A DNA stretch of 63,909 bases, counting the filler, from Hyphochytrium catenoides (lineage: Eukaryota > Protista > Hyphochytriomycota): the NCBI GenBank assembly GCA_900088475.1. It is 11 parts of 11 records of this genome, joined end to end, with 100 filler letters (N's around TTAATTAATTAA, not from the genome) between each part and the next. Parts side by side here need not be neighbours in the genome. Positions count along the whole stretch, not along the records: positions 8,033 to 15,408 come from FLMG01002297.1; positions 15,509 to 29,158 come from FLMG01002196.1; 9 more parts are not named here. The stretch is one strand, 5' to 3'. Each line of letters opens with the position of its first letter. Within the stretch, counting starts at the first letter, position 1. Below, one piece after another: positions 11,705 through 23,560 of this stretch. The position numbers and the translations under genes are program-made. The notes beneath the pieces are model-generated. The model saw nothing but the letters and a program-made list of their open reading frames with translations. It made no database searches and was not told the origin of the DNA.

Positions 11705-14700
11705 GAGAAAGAGTGGGAAGGGGGAGAAGAGAGAGAAAGAAAGAGACAGAGATTGATTTGAACACGCTGCGATTTTGGAGAGACAGAGACGGGAGGATGG
11801 GACCCAAAATAAAGAGACGAGAGACAGAATCCTAGAGAGAGAGAGAAGACAAAGGGAGGAAAGAGTCAAAAGAGACAGATAGAGAGACGGTAAGAGAGAG
11901 AGAGACAGAGGGGCGATTAACCTCTTCAAACCAAGGAGGCGTACTGAAGAGAGATACAAGAGAGAGAACGCGTAGAGATACTTATAGAGATTCTTCAATG
12001 AGGAGAGCGACTGAACTAGGAGAGAGGAGAGGAGACGCCAACCACGCCGACCCAGAGAGAAAGAGTGTGTGAGAGAGAGAGAGAAAGAAAGAGAGAGACA
12101 CACACATAGGGAGGGAGAGAAAGAGAGACCGGGAGAGAGAGATAGACACGCGCAGACAGACAGAGAGAAGGATAAAGACTGAGAGAGAGAGAGTCTCTCT
12201 TACCAGAGAGAGAGAGAGAGTGACACTAAGAAAAGGTTTTCCTGTCCAGGCTGGAGCAACGGCAAGTTCGAGGCTCGGAGCATTACGGACGGGAAAGTGA
12301 TCTACAAAGAAGTCATCGCCTCTCCCATCTCAGCGCTCATGCAGGTGAGGGAAGAGAGAGAAGAGGAGAGAGAGAAGAGAGAGAAGAGAGACATATGGGG
12401 AGAGGGAGGAAAGACGAGAGGGGAGCGTTGGAGGGGGATATGGATACTTTCTCTCCTCTCACTCTTTGCTTTTCTTCCTCCTCCCTTGTCTTTCCTTCCA
12501 TTTCTGTTTCCTTCCATTCCTCTTTCTCTCTCTCACTCTCTCTCTCTAGTCGGACTACCGCTTGGAAGGCAGGCAGACCCTCATCTGCTGCACTCAGGAT
12601 GGAGAGGTGGGACTCCCTCTGTGTCTCTCCTCCTTTTCCTTCCTCTCTTCCTCCATTTGAATCCCTCTCACTTTTCCTCGTCCGTTTTTCCCTTTTCGGT
12701 TTGCACTCTCTCTCTCTCTCTCTCTCTCTCCCCCGTCTCTCTCTTCTCTTTCTCTCTCCTCTTCCTCACTCTTTTTCTCTCTCTCTCTCTCTTCTCGGCC
12801 CTTCTCTTCTCTCCCCCGTCTCTCTCTTCTCTTTCTCTCTCCTCTTCCTCACTCTTTCTCGCAGAAACCTTGTTAGGTATTCTCCGCCCCCCTTCTCCTT
12901 CAAAACGCTACTCTTCCCTATTCCATTGCTTGAGATTGAAATTTTTTTCCCTTTCTCTGTTTGTCACTGGAAGGAGATGACCATTCTTCTTCTAATGGCT
13001 GAAATTCTGCTCTCTCTCTTTCTCTTCCTCTACCTCTCTCTCTGTCCCTCTGTCTCTCTCTCTCTGTTCTCTCTCTCTCTCTCTGTCTCTCTCCCTGTCT
13101 CTCTCTCTAGATCCGCGGTTATCTTCCCGCAGACGCGGAGGCTCAGGTCCGGCTGGGAAGCAATGTTGTGCCTCCCGAGGAGCATCTCATCCAAGAGCTG
13201 GCCAAGAATAAGCAGGACCTGATGATAGGTAAACTTCTCTCTTCCTCTCCTTTCCTCTCTCTCTTCTCTCTTTGTCTTGCTACCTCTTATCGTGCTCTCT
13301 CTCTCTCTCTCTTGTCTCTTCCCATTTTCCTTCACTTCTCCCCTTCTTTCTTCACTCCTCGGACTTTTCGAACGGTAAATTTGTTCTCTCCTTGATCGAG
13401 CCAGGTTTTCACCTTTGCGGCTGACAACTCTCTCTTCCTCTCTTTCTCTCTTTCTTTCTTTCTTTCTCCCTTCTCTCTTTCTCTCTCTCTCTCACTTTCT
13501 CTTTCTCTCTCTCTCTCTTTCCCTCTTTCTCTCTCTCTCTCTCTCTCTGTTTATCTATGTAATGCTTTTCTTCCCTCTCTGTCCTCATGACACTGCTTTC
13601 TCGACCTGTTTCCTTTCCCTCCTTCCTTTCTCACCATGCCCTCTCGTCCCTCTCTCTCTCTCTCTTCTGTTTCTTCCTCACAGAGCTCCGCTCTATTGAG
13701 AACAATCTGAAGCAGTTGAAAACAGGAGAGAAGAGAATTCAATCCATCCCAGCGGACACGAGGTCAGAGAGAGAGAAAGAGAGAGGAAGGACGAGGGAGA
13801 GAGAGAGATGCAAGGAGACACAGAGAAGAGAAAGAAACACAGAGAGAGAGAGAAAACATAAGATGAGAGCCTTAGAGAGGGAAAGAGAGCGTTAGGAGAC
13901 AGAACGCAGAGAAAAATGGGGAGGAGAGATTATAAGATGAGAAGAGAGAGGAAGAGACGGAGGATAGGAAGGTGGTTGCAAAGGAAAAGGAAAGAAAGGA
14001 GAGAAAACTGTAGACTAAAGAGGGACCAACTCTTCCGCGCTCTCTCCCTCGGTCTTTACTTCCTTTTCTCTCTTTCTCTCTCCCTCTTTATTATCTTCCG
14101 TCCCTCCTCCCGCTCACTCTCTTCTGTGTTTCACCTGATTCTCTCTCTTCCTCTGTTGCTTTTCTCTCTCTCTCTCTCCCTCTCTCTCTCTGTGCTCGTC
14201 TTCTCTCATCAGGGTGACAATGGTTCTGCAGCACAATCTGGAGGCGGCAAGCTGTGAAGTGGTCATCTTCACCAATAATGCAGAGGCTCTGGTCAAGGTC
14301 AGACTCTCTCTCTCTCTTTCCTTTCTCTCCCTCAGTCGCTCCCCTCTCTTTCGACTATCTTCAGGTCCTGTCTCTCTTCTTCTCTCCACTTTCTAAACCT
14401 GTTTCTTGGAGGCCCTCTTCCCGAGTGTCATCGTTCGATGTCTTTTTGGTCTGTCACTTGTCCTTTTGTTTCTCTGTCTCTCTCTTCACTCCTTTCTTTG
14501 GGGCTTTTCTGGGTTGTCTCTCTCTTCGCAGCCGCACCTTCTCCCTTCCTCTCTCTCTCTCTCTCTCTTTCTATCTGTTTCTCTCTCTCTCTCTCTCTCT
14601 CCCTCTCTCTTTTTCTTTTCCTATTTCTGTTCGATTAAATATGTCTTTGTCTTTCTGTCGCCTTCCTCTGTTTTCCTTTGCGTTTGTCTCTCGAATGCTC

Positions 14701-15232
14701 TCTCTCTCGCTCTCTCCTTCTTTCTCCATTCTCTCTCCCTCACTTTCTCTCTATCTCTATATAGGCTGTCGTCCTCTTTGACACTGACGGCGGGCTCTTT
14801 GGAGGGGAATCTAGGGTGATCTACCCTGAGACGCCCATGAGGGAAGGTAAGAGAGAGAGAGAGAGAAAGAGAGATGGTGGCATCGAAGAGAGAAAGAGAT
14901 AGATAGATTATGTGTGTGTGTGCAGAGAGAGAGAGAATGTGTTCTTGTTGCGTTCTTGTCTCTGCTCATTCTTCTCCTGGTGAAGGTATTTGCCATGCCA
15001 TCCTCTGCTCTCTGTCTTCTCTCCTGCCTCTCTCTTTCCTTTTTTTTTCCTCTTTCTCTCTCTTCTTCTCTCTTTACCCTACCCGCCTCGCTGCCTGCAA
15101 CAATATTCTCTATCTCCACTTCGCTCTTTCTCCTTTGTCACCGGCTACTTGCTTGCTTTCCTCTACATTTTCTCCATCCATTCAATCCCTCTTCTCTCTC
15201 TCTCCGTCTCTCTCTCCCTCTCCGTTTCTCTG

Positions 15233-15267
<35 letters not shown>

Positions 15268-15408
15268 GTTTTTTCTCTCTCCCCCCTCTAAATCATCCTA
15301 GTGAAAGCGCTAATAAAGACAAAGAAGTTTGTCGAGACAAATCTTCTGCTTCGGATCTTGATTGGAGGGAAAGGGAATCCCACTCAGTTCAACGTCTTTG
15401 ACCTGCAG
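8261..15408 (+). CDS. BBS2: Bardet-Biedl syndrome 2 protein (BBSome subunit); at least 13 exons, 3' truncated, part hidden in N gap near 9790
   Basis: Phase-consistent exons 8261-8330, 8912-9081, 9650-, 10215-10294, 10767-10851, 11544-11666, 12250-12344, 12550-12606, 13111-13228, 13684-13762, 14213-14297, 14765-14846, 15302-; peptides [79 protein letters not shown]. Confidence 0.95.
8331..15301. repeat. (GA)n/(TC)n microsatellite-rich introns (similar tracts in ATG16, RAD17, DUF1275 and F-box gene introns)
   Basis: Directly visible dinucleotide runs and purine/pyrimidine-biased low-complexity tracts; they generate the spurious RE-repeat and SL-repeat ORFs. Confidence 0.95.
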
Positions 15409-15702
15409 NNNNNNNNNNNNNNNNNNNNNNNNNNNNNNNNNNNNNNNNNNNNTTAATTAATTAANNNNNNNNNNNNNNNNNNNNNNNNNNNNNNNNNNNN
15501 NNNNNNNNTCTCTCTCTCTCTCTCTCTCTTTCTTCGCTGTTTCTTTAATCTCTATCCTCTCCTATCTTCTTGTTCGAAGGGCCTCCATAGTCGGCTTCGT
15601 CATCCTCCGCGCCTTTCCCTCCTGGGACAACTTCTCTTACTCTTCTTCTGTCGAGCTACGATCTCTTTTGACCGTAGGTTGTCAGTACCTAGGGCAACGT
15701 AC

Positions 15703-16016
15703 CGAGAATGTGTTCACTTTGGCCCCAGTCTTCACCGGCTTGATGATGGACACTGGCCCCTCTTCTTCCTAGTAGCAAGGGAGACAACGAGAAGAGAGAA
15801 CACAACAAGAGCAAGAAGAAACAACCAGTGAGCCTCCTCATCTTATCAAGTGCATAGAAGGTTCTCAGCAAGTACCTCATCGCTAGAGTTTCTCGCACGT
15901 TTTCTGATGTTTCTCGAAGCTGCTCGAGCCTTTGATCCGCCTACGGGCTTCTTAAACGTAAAGGGCACTCGAGGGACAGCCTCAGTGGTCTCTTGCTCCT
16001 TTCCTTCCTCCCCCAT
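15703..16016 (-). CDS. CWC24: Probable CWC24/RNF113A (splicing factor, CCCH + RING) first two exons; rest off contig
   Basis: Exons 16016-15876 (MGEEGKEQ...PFTFKKPVGGSKARAASRNIRKRARNSSDE) and 15768-15703 (EEEGPVSIIKPVKTGAKVNTFS), GT-AG, phase 0; FKKP...NIRKR...SSDEE pattern resembles CWC24 N-termini; diagnostic zinc domains not present. Confidence 0.55.
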
Positions 16017-16882
16017 TGTTCTCGGCTCCGACGTCCTCCTACTATCCTACAGCGACGCCACAGCTATTAATAAAAGATCTGAAAGGAATCAGGTGGGACA
16101 GTCTGACTGCAGAATCTCCTTCAAAGCTCCGTCAATACCTTTCTGCCTTGTCGCCCGGGAGGCGATGACGAAGCTCTGAAAGCTGCTTCTGATGATCCAC
16201 ACAGATCAGTTTTCGGGCCTCTGTCAAAATCGCGATAATTCACAGAATGGAAGGAAGAGCTTGCGAAGCTGTCAATTATACCCTGTTTTACAGGGATTTG
16301 ACTTTCGAGACCTTGTAAATAACTAATATTTGACAACATATATTGACATTTCCCTACTTTGTTTTCAGCAAAATTTACCTTCCTTTGTTGACTGTTTTAA
16401 CACAGGCCCATTCAGGCCTAAGTAATTCACACCAAGTGCGGGACTATAATTGACAAAAGCGCGAGGCTTCCGCCTTGTATTTAACATGTCTTTGGATTGG
16501 TGATAACCTCCTGACATGTTCTTCTGATCGTCAATTTACCCTAGGAAGGCTATATTTGACGATTTGAGAATTAAGCTTTTCCTCACATGTGAATTATAGA
16601 TCTTTATGAAGCGCTTTTTAGAGGTGAAGATGAAGATCATTGGATTTTCTTGGTCGTCTTCAGATCTATAAAGGGTTGGTTGCTCTGTGAGATCGCTCTC
16701 CCTTCTTCTTCTCTTTGTCCCTCTCTCTTTCTGTCGGTAGTTGGCCAGCTTCCGGTGGCGCTCAAGTGGCGCTGTGAAGTTCCAGGAAAGTTACGATGGA
16801 TGGAGAGTGAGGAGAGAAGACCGCGTTTTAGAGTTTTAATAGAGAACAGCGCATCTTCTCGCCGCAGCGCCTGGGTTGAAGA
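16017..16882. promoter_or_regulatory. Divergent (bidirectional) promoter region between CWC24-like gene and RAD17
   Basis: Head-to-head ATGs 866 bp apart; AT-rich, microsatellite-free core with ten TTGAC/GTCAA motifs. Confidence 0.55.
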
Positions 16883-19800
16883 ATGTCTTCGGACGAGATT
16901 GAGATCATTATCTCTTCGGATGAGGAGATACAACCGGATTTTAAGCGAACACCCTCAGTGACTGCAAGAGGTATAGGCCCCCCATTTATAGAGCTATTTT
17001 CTGAACAAGCGCTGACCTATTACCATTCGCTCCCCGTTTTAACTCCTTTCTCTCTCTCTCTCTCTCTCTCTCTTGCTCTCACACTCTTGACTAACTTTCG
17101 GGGTCCTCAAACACTCTTTTTCTCTCTCTCTCTCTCTCTCTTGCTCTCACACTCTTGACGAACTTTCGGGGCCCTCAATCACTCTTTCTCTCTCTCTCTC
17201 TTTTCTCTCTTTTGCTCTCTCCCTTTCTCTCACACACACATGATTTATGCTTCTAAATGCGTAGATATCGCTTCCTCGTCTCAAGAATACAAGCCACTGA
17301 TCACGACTCGGTCTCGCGTCCCTCTCACCTCGAGAACAAACAAGCAACAGCAGTCACCTAAGCCGGACGGTATGCGGTGGTCTTCTCTCTCTCTGGCTTT
17401 CTCTCTATATATCTCCACCTTCGTCTCCGTCATACTCTCTCCCTCATTCTCTCTCTCCCTTTTTCTCTCTCTCTCTCTCCTACCTCCCTCTCCTCTTTTG
17501 CTTGTGCATCCTTTCGTCGTTTTCTCCTTCTCGGGTTAGTGTCGCTTTTTTCCGGGGTTCCCTCGTCAGCTTCCTCCCTCTCTCCGACTCCCTTCCTCCG
17601 GCTTTCGTTCTCTCTCTCGTCCTCCACTCTTTCGTTCTCTTACTCTCTCCTTCTCCTCCTCTCTCCGTTCACGCTCTCCTTGTTTCTTGTCTCTCCCTTT
17701 GCGTTCAAATCCCTCTCTCTCTCTCTTCTCATCTTGTTTTTGTTCTTTCTCTCTTTGTCTTTCTCTCTTTGTCCTTCCCTTTGCGTTTTCTTTCTTCTCT
17801 CTGTCTCTCTCTCGATCTTTCTCTCTCTGACTCTCCCTGTCTCTCTCTCTTTTCCTCTCCCTCTCTTTTCCTCTCCCTCTCTCTCTCTCTCTAATGTACC
17901 GCTTGCTCTCTCTTCTCTTGCCTCAGAATGGGCGTGTTCTGCCTGCACGTATCTCAACCAAGGAGGAGCTCGGTGTGCAATCTGTGAGGGAGGCAGAAAG
18001 AGAGAACATCCGAAGAGGAAGACGTGGCTGACAGAAGACAGAGAGAAGCCACAATGGGAAGAGCCAAACCGAGAGGAGGAAAGTCTCTCTTTGAAGAGTA
18101 AGAAGGAGGGAGAGGATAGGAAAGTGAAAGAGAGAAAGGAGAAAGAGACTCTGTCATGTCCTCGCTGCACATTAGAGAACTCCGTCTCTTCCGTCTACTG
18201 CGATGCCTGTGGATCTAGTCTTCTCTCTAAGGGACAAGCAGGTGCGTCAAGGGAGCAGAGGATCATTGGGACCTTCATGAGCTGAAAGGGAAGACAGGAG
18301 AGACTCCGGAAAGTGAATAGAGAGACGGAGAGTAGGAGGAATAGAAAGTCCAAAAAAAATAGAGAGAGAGAAAGAGAGAGAGAGAGTGAGAGAGAGAGAG
18401 AGAGAGAGGGAGGGAGGGAGAGAGAGAGAGAGAGAGAGAGAGGGGGAGAGAGAGAGTAGAGAGAGAGAGAGAGAGAGCAAAAACGAAAGTACTCTGTCTT
18501 GCTTGCGTGACACACTGTGTCGGACTGCCTGAGAATGGGGTTTGTATATTAACGAGGAGATGACGTCTGGGAGAGGCCGAAGGCCAGCGGGCACGAAGAG
18601 ACAGGAAACTTGACAAGAGGGCGAGCACAACAGAGAGAGGGAGAGAAAGAGAGACAAACAGAGAGGGAGAGAGCAGGACCATCGGGCGCATGAGCAAGCA
18701 AATCAAAAGAGTAGAGAGAGATCGAAGGAGCTGAATTACTCAAAGTGTGTCCCTGTTTCCTCCTCTCTCTTGCAACGATTTCTAAATGTCCCCACAGGGA
18801 GAAAGAGAAAGCTGGAACAGACCAACGGAAAGAGCAAAGAGAGACTGCCATCCCCTCTTCCTTCCTCTCTCTCTCTCTCTCGCTCTTCCTCTGAGTTATG
18901 GATTCATCGCTGGGCCCCAAAGACAGTGAAGGATCTGGCTATACAGAGCAAGAAAGTGCAGGAGGTGGAGAGCTGGCTCACCCGCTCTCTCGAGTCGTTG
19001 AGGAGAGGAGATGCACACGGACCCAAGCTTCTCATACTTTGCGGCAGGCCAGGTCACTGTTCTCTCTCTCTGTCTGTCTGTCTGTCTCTCTCTCTCGTTC
19101 TCATACGGCTTGGACTATCCTCCGATGTCGTCTTCCCTCTCTACTCTTTCTTGCTGTTAAGGACTCTCCTTTTCTCTCTGTTGCCTGTTTAACTCCTCTT
19201 GCTCGCTTCGGCCGTACTCGACTTTTCCATCCTCTCTTCTTTCTAGTCTATCATCTCTTTATACACTCTATTTCTCGCTCTCTCTGCGTACTCTTAGTCT
19301 CTTTTCCACTTATCTTTCTGTTCCATTTGATCTGACTTTAAAGTCGCCTTCTTCTCGCACGCATCCGCGTCGCTCTCACTCTGCCCACATCTCTTTCTAT
19401 GTCTCTCTTTCTCTCTCTCTCTCTCTCTCCGTCTCTCTCCCTCCCTATCTCTCTCTCTCTCTCTCCCCCTCTCCCACCCCCCCACCCCTCTCTCTCTCTC
19501 GGCTTCAGGCATAGGCAAGTCCACAATGGCCCGGCTGTTAGCGAAGGAGAGAGAGTTAGAAGTGCTAGAGTGGGAAGATATGATCCACGTGGGTTCGTCT
19601 GCCTATGGGCACCGACAGATGGTCCAGGCTTTTGGCTTTGAGGGAGACTGGAGAGGAGGAGACGAGAAGAGAGAGACATATACCTCTTCTCTTTCTGATT
19701 TCTCTACGTTCCTGCAGAGGTCTTCCAAGTATTCCTCTCTACGACTGACGGAAGGACCGTCCTCTTCTCCAATGACGGGAGAAGGGGACAGAGAAAAGAG

Positions 19801-22451
19801 AGAGCAACTTGTTCTGATCGATGATCTCCCTCTTCTCTCTTCTTCTATGAGCAAGAAAGAGTTCTTCTCTCTCCTACGATCTCTTCTGGATTTCTCTCTC
19901 TTCCCCGTAGTGCTGATCTATAGCAATGTCACGGAGAACAAGGTCAATCCAAGCCAGCTGGCCAGCGCCTTCTCTTCGAACATTATCAATGACTATCGGG
20001 TCAGCATGATACAGCTCAATCCTACGCCGCCAGGTTGGGAGAGGGCAAGAGATCACGAAGAGAAAAGAGAGAGAGAGAGAGAGAGAGAGAACAAGGGAGA
20101 GAGAGAGGTGTTTGGAGAAAGACTAGCGAAAAGTTTAGAGGGAACTGGGCCGCCAAGAGGTGACAATTCCTATAGAACTCATCCGGGAGTCTCACTCGGA
20201 TGGGGAGAAACAGAGAGAGAGACAGAGAATGAACAAGCTTGACTAGCACGTAGCACCATGTCTCACTGACGATTGCTGTCACCGTTAACCCTTTGTCGCT
20301 GTGTTCTCTCTCCCTCTCTCTCTCTCCCTCTCGCTGTTTTTCCTCTCGTTGTTTCTCTCTTTCCTTTCCCTACACGAAGGAATGATGGCGAAACAGCTAG
20401 GCCGGATTTCTCGACTGGCGGGCCACTCTTTGACGGAGACAGAGCTTCAGTCCTTGGCCAGCACCAGCGAGGGAGACTTGAGACACGCGATCAACTCTTT
20501 GCAGCTTTACACGGCGACGGGGGGTAAAAAACGTGGCCACAAGGTCAGCCGAGGCAGGATGGGAAAGTGAAAGCTCGATGATCCTGCTCTGAAAGAGAGA
20601 GAGTGAGAGGCGGGAAGAAGAGACACAGTTGGGGTCCCGAGGGAGGAGGACGAGAGGAAGAGGCGCCGGATAGCTCGATGAGTGTCCGTGAAAGAGGGAG
20701 AGAGAGATTAAGAGAGACACAATGGGGGGCGCGAGAGGGAAACGAGAGAAAGATGCTGTCTCCTACAGAGCTTTATGTCCTGGATCGCCCTAATTTTCCG
20801 TGTTTGCCGCTTCGTGTCCTTCTTTGATAGGAGTCAAAGCCAAAGAGGAAGAGCAGGATTGTGGACGATGATCAAGAGAGAGAAGGCGAGAGACGAGAGG
20901 CAGAGAAGACCAAAAAGCGTTCTGCTGCTTCCGCGCAGTGCTATAAAGATCCTTTACTGAGCAGCTTCCACGCCTTAGGCCGGTTGCTTCATGGAAAGAA
21001 TACGGCATCGCCAGGTAAGTAAAGAGTTACTTGCTAGGAACTGTCTTTCCTTTCGTTAACCTCTTCCTACTCTCACTCTCTCCTCTCTCTCCGGGTCTCT
21101 CTCTCTTTTTTTCCCTCTCTGTTCTCATTCTTAGTTTGCGCTTTCTGTCTGTTACCTGTCTTACTCTTGTGTGCATGCCTTCNNNNNNNNNNNNNNNNNN
21201 NNNNNNNNNNNNNNNNNNNNNNNNNNNNNNNNNNNNNNATACTCGTGGACAGAGTCAGTGTTGGAGAGTATCGATTTCGATGCCAGTACTCTCTCGACCT
21301 TCGTTCAATACAATTGTCCCTCTTTCTTCTCTGACATCGACCACCTGGCGGACTGCTTGGAGGACTTTAGTGCAGGAGATTGGATGAGCAAACTGGCAAA
21401 CTACTCCTCGGCCAAGGTAAGGTATCTCTGGTCTCTTCTGTCTCTCTCTCTTTCTAGGTGCATTTAGTCATCGCTGCTCTTTCACTCCCTCTGTGTCTGT
21501 CTATGCCTCTCTCCTTATCTGTCATTCTCTCCGTCTGGGATATAGCACAATTTTTATCAAACGGCCTCTCTCTCCCATTCTCCATCTCTCTCACTGTTTC
21601 GCTCACTTTCTCTCCCTTTCTGCCTCCTGGTCCAACCACCTGGATATCATCTCCATTGCTTCTTCTCCAGCTCTCTAAAGCTCTCTGTCTCCAAACCAGT
21701 CACTCACAGTGCTACTTTCCTCTCTCTTTTTATATCCGTGCGTTCACCGCCTGTATCACTCCATAGTTGCCTGCGTTTCTCTTTCTCCTTCTCTTTCCCT
21801 CTAACCAATGTCTCTCTCAGGACCTTCATGGAGCCGAGCACACCTGGCACGAAATCGGCTCTATTGCCTGTCGCACAGTAGGGACGAGAAACAAGGCGCC
21901 TGCTCCGTCTTCTTTCCGCCCTTTAGCCAAGCCACAGATCTTTGCCTCTCAATCTCTCTTGGCGGCGAATATGACGGCCTTGAGGGAAGTCTTACCTCAG
22001 AGAGATTGCCGCTTAGTGCTCAGTCTAGGTCAGTTTNNNNNNNNNNNNNNNNNNNNNNNNNNNNNNNNNNNNNNNNNNNNNNNNNNNNNNNNNNNNNNNN
22101 NTCTCTCTCTCTCTCACTTTTTCACGTTTCTCCGTTGCGCTTCTGGGCTGCTTTTGTGCTCATTTCTCTCATCGCATAGGCGCTGCTATTCTGGATACCG
22201 TGCCCCTAGAGTTGCAAATTCGACATCGAACGGGCTTCTATTCTCCTTACAGCCAAATGGACGTCCAGATTCTGGACCACATCTCTTCGTTCAGAGGCAG
22301 CGCGGTTCTGGGAGGAGAAGATCCCTTTCTCTCTCTTCGTCAGAGAGAAGAGAGAGAAGAGAGAGAAGAGACTCTTCCTCCTTCTGCCATCATTGCTGAA
22401 GATGAGATTCAGGACTTTGACGAAACGATGGGAGATGCGGAGGAGCTCTGA
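16883..22451 (+). CDS. RAD17: Checkpoint clamp loader RAD17/RAD24 (AAA+), with N-terminal RanBP2/NZF-type zinc fingers
   Basis: LWIHRWAPKTVKDLAIQSKKVQEVESWL, split Walker A CGRPG|IGKST, Walker B LVLIDDLP, GDLRHAINSLQL, SFHALGRLLHGK, acidic C-terminus EDEIQDFDE; upstream exons join in phase. Confidence 0.92.
17050..17190. repeat. Tandem duplication (~70 bp) in RAD17 intron 1
   Basis: (CT)n-TTGCTCTCACACTCTTGAC[T/G]AACTTTCGGGG[T/C]CCTCAA[A/T]CACTCTTT present twice. Confidence 0.85.
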
Positions 22452-22625
22452 GGTCTCGCCTTACGGCCCTGACACAGAAAAGAGAGACGGAGATTAGAGC
22501 CTAAGAGAGAGAATGGAGAAAGAAGGTTGAGGAAAAGGAGATACAGAGATGTGAAAGAGAGAGAAAGAATAGGTACAGAGTGAAGGGGGGGGGAGAGAAG
22601 AAAAGAGACAGCAGAGGACATTAAG

Positions 22626-22665
<40 letters not shown>

Positions 22666-23464
22666 TAAGCGCCAGGAAACGGGAGAAAAGGGGTACTATT
22701 TATTCGATGAGAGTCTTCCCCAAGACTCCACAATATTTATTGACAGCCGCCATGGGCCGCTAAGCAGTTCTACGGTCCCCCCCTCTCAGCTTCTGTCCGT
22801 CTGTCCACTCTGCCTCTCGCTGGGCTTCCTTCTCTCCTCTCTTTTTGTGCATCCCTGTGTTCTCCTTCTTCCCTCCTTTCTCTCTCTCTCTCTCCTACTC
22901 CTCGGGCTTATATGTCTCCTCGCCGTCAGTGGACTCATTGAAGAAGCCGCGGGGTAAAGAGATAAGTCGACTGGAGCCACACGCCCTCATCATAAACCTA
23001 TGTGTTCTTTCTTTACGGTCTCCCTCTCTCTTTCCTTCTCTCTCTCTCTCTCTCTCGCCCCCTGATTCTTCTCTCACTCTTTCTTCTTATTATATGTACT
23101 CGTAGTCGTCAAGAGGAATGACTCTTGGCTCAGAGGCGTGCCCCTTCTTCCCTTTGGTCCCTTCTTCTCTCTTTCTTTGTGGCTTTCTCTCCATCCCAGC
23201 CTGTTCCTCTCTCACTCCTCTCTTTCCGACGGAATGAAGTCCCAAACGAGAGGGCGAGAGGGATCGAATGGGTGCCATTCATCGCTGTGCAAGGAAAGAA
23301 AGTAAAAGAAAGGAGAGAGAAAAAGAGAGAATGGGGGAGACCTGAATGGGTGGAGCAGGGAAAGAGGAAATAGCTGGAAGAGCTTAAAAGACAGTTGTGA
23401 GTAGAAAGAATGTCAGTGGTCACTACCTTGGGAGAAAAGGAAGAGAGAGAACACGTCAAGCAGC

Positions 23465-23560
23465 TGAGAGAGAGAGAGACACTGACACGAAGAGAGAGAG
23501 AGAGACACTGACACGAAGAGAGAGAGAGAGAGAGACACTGACACGAAGAGAGAGAGAGAA
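23465..23560. repeat. Three-copy minisatellite (GA)n-CACTGACACGAA
   Basis: GAGAGACACTGACACGAAGAGAGAG repeated 3 times with variable GA spacer. Confidence 0.85.
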
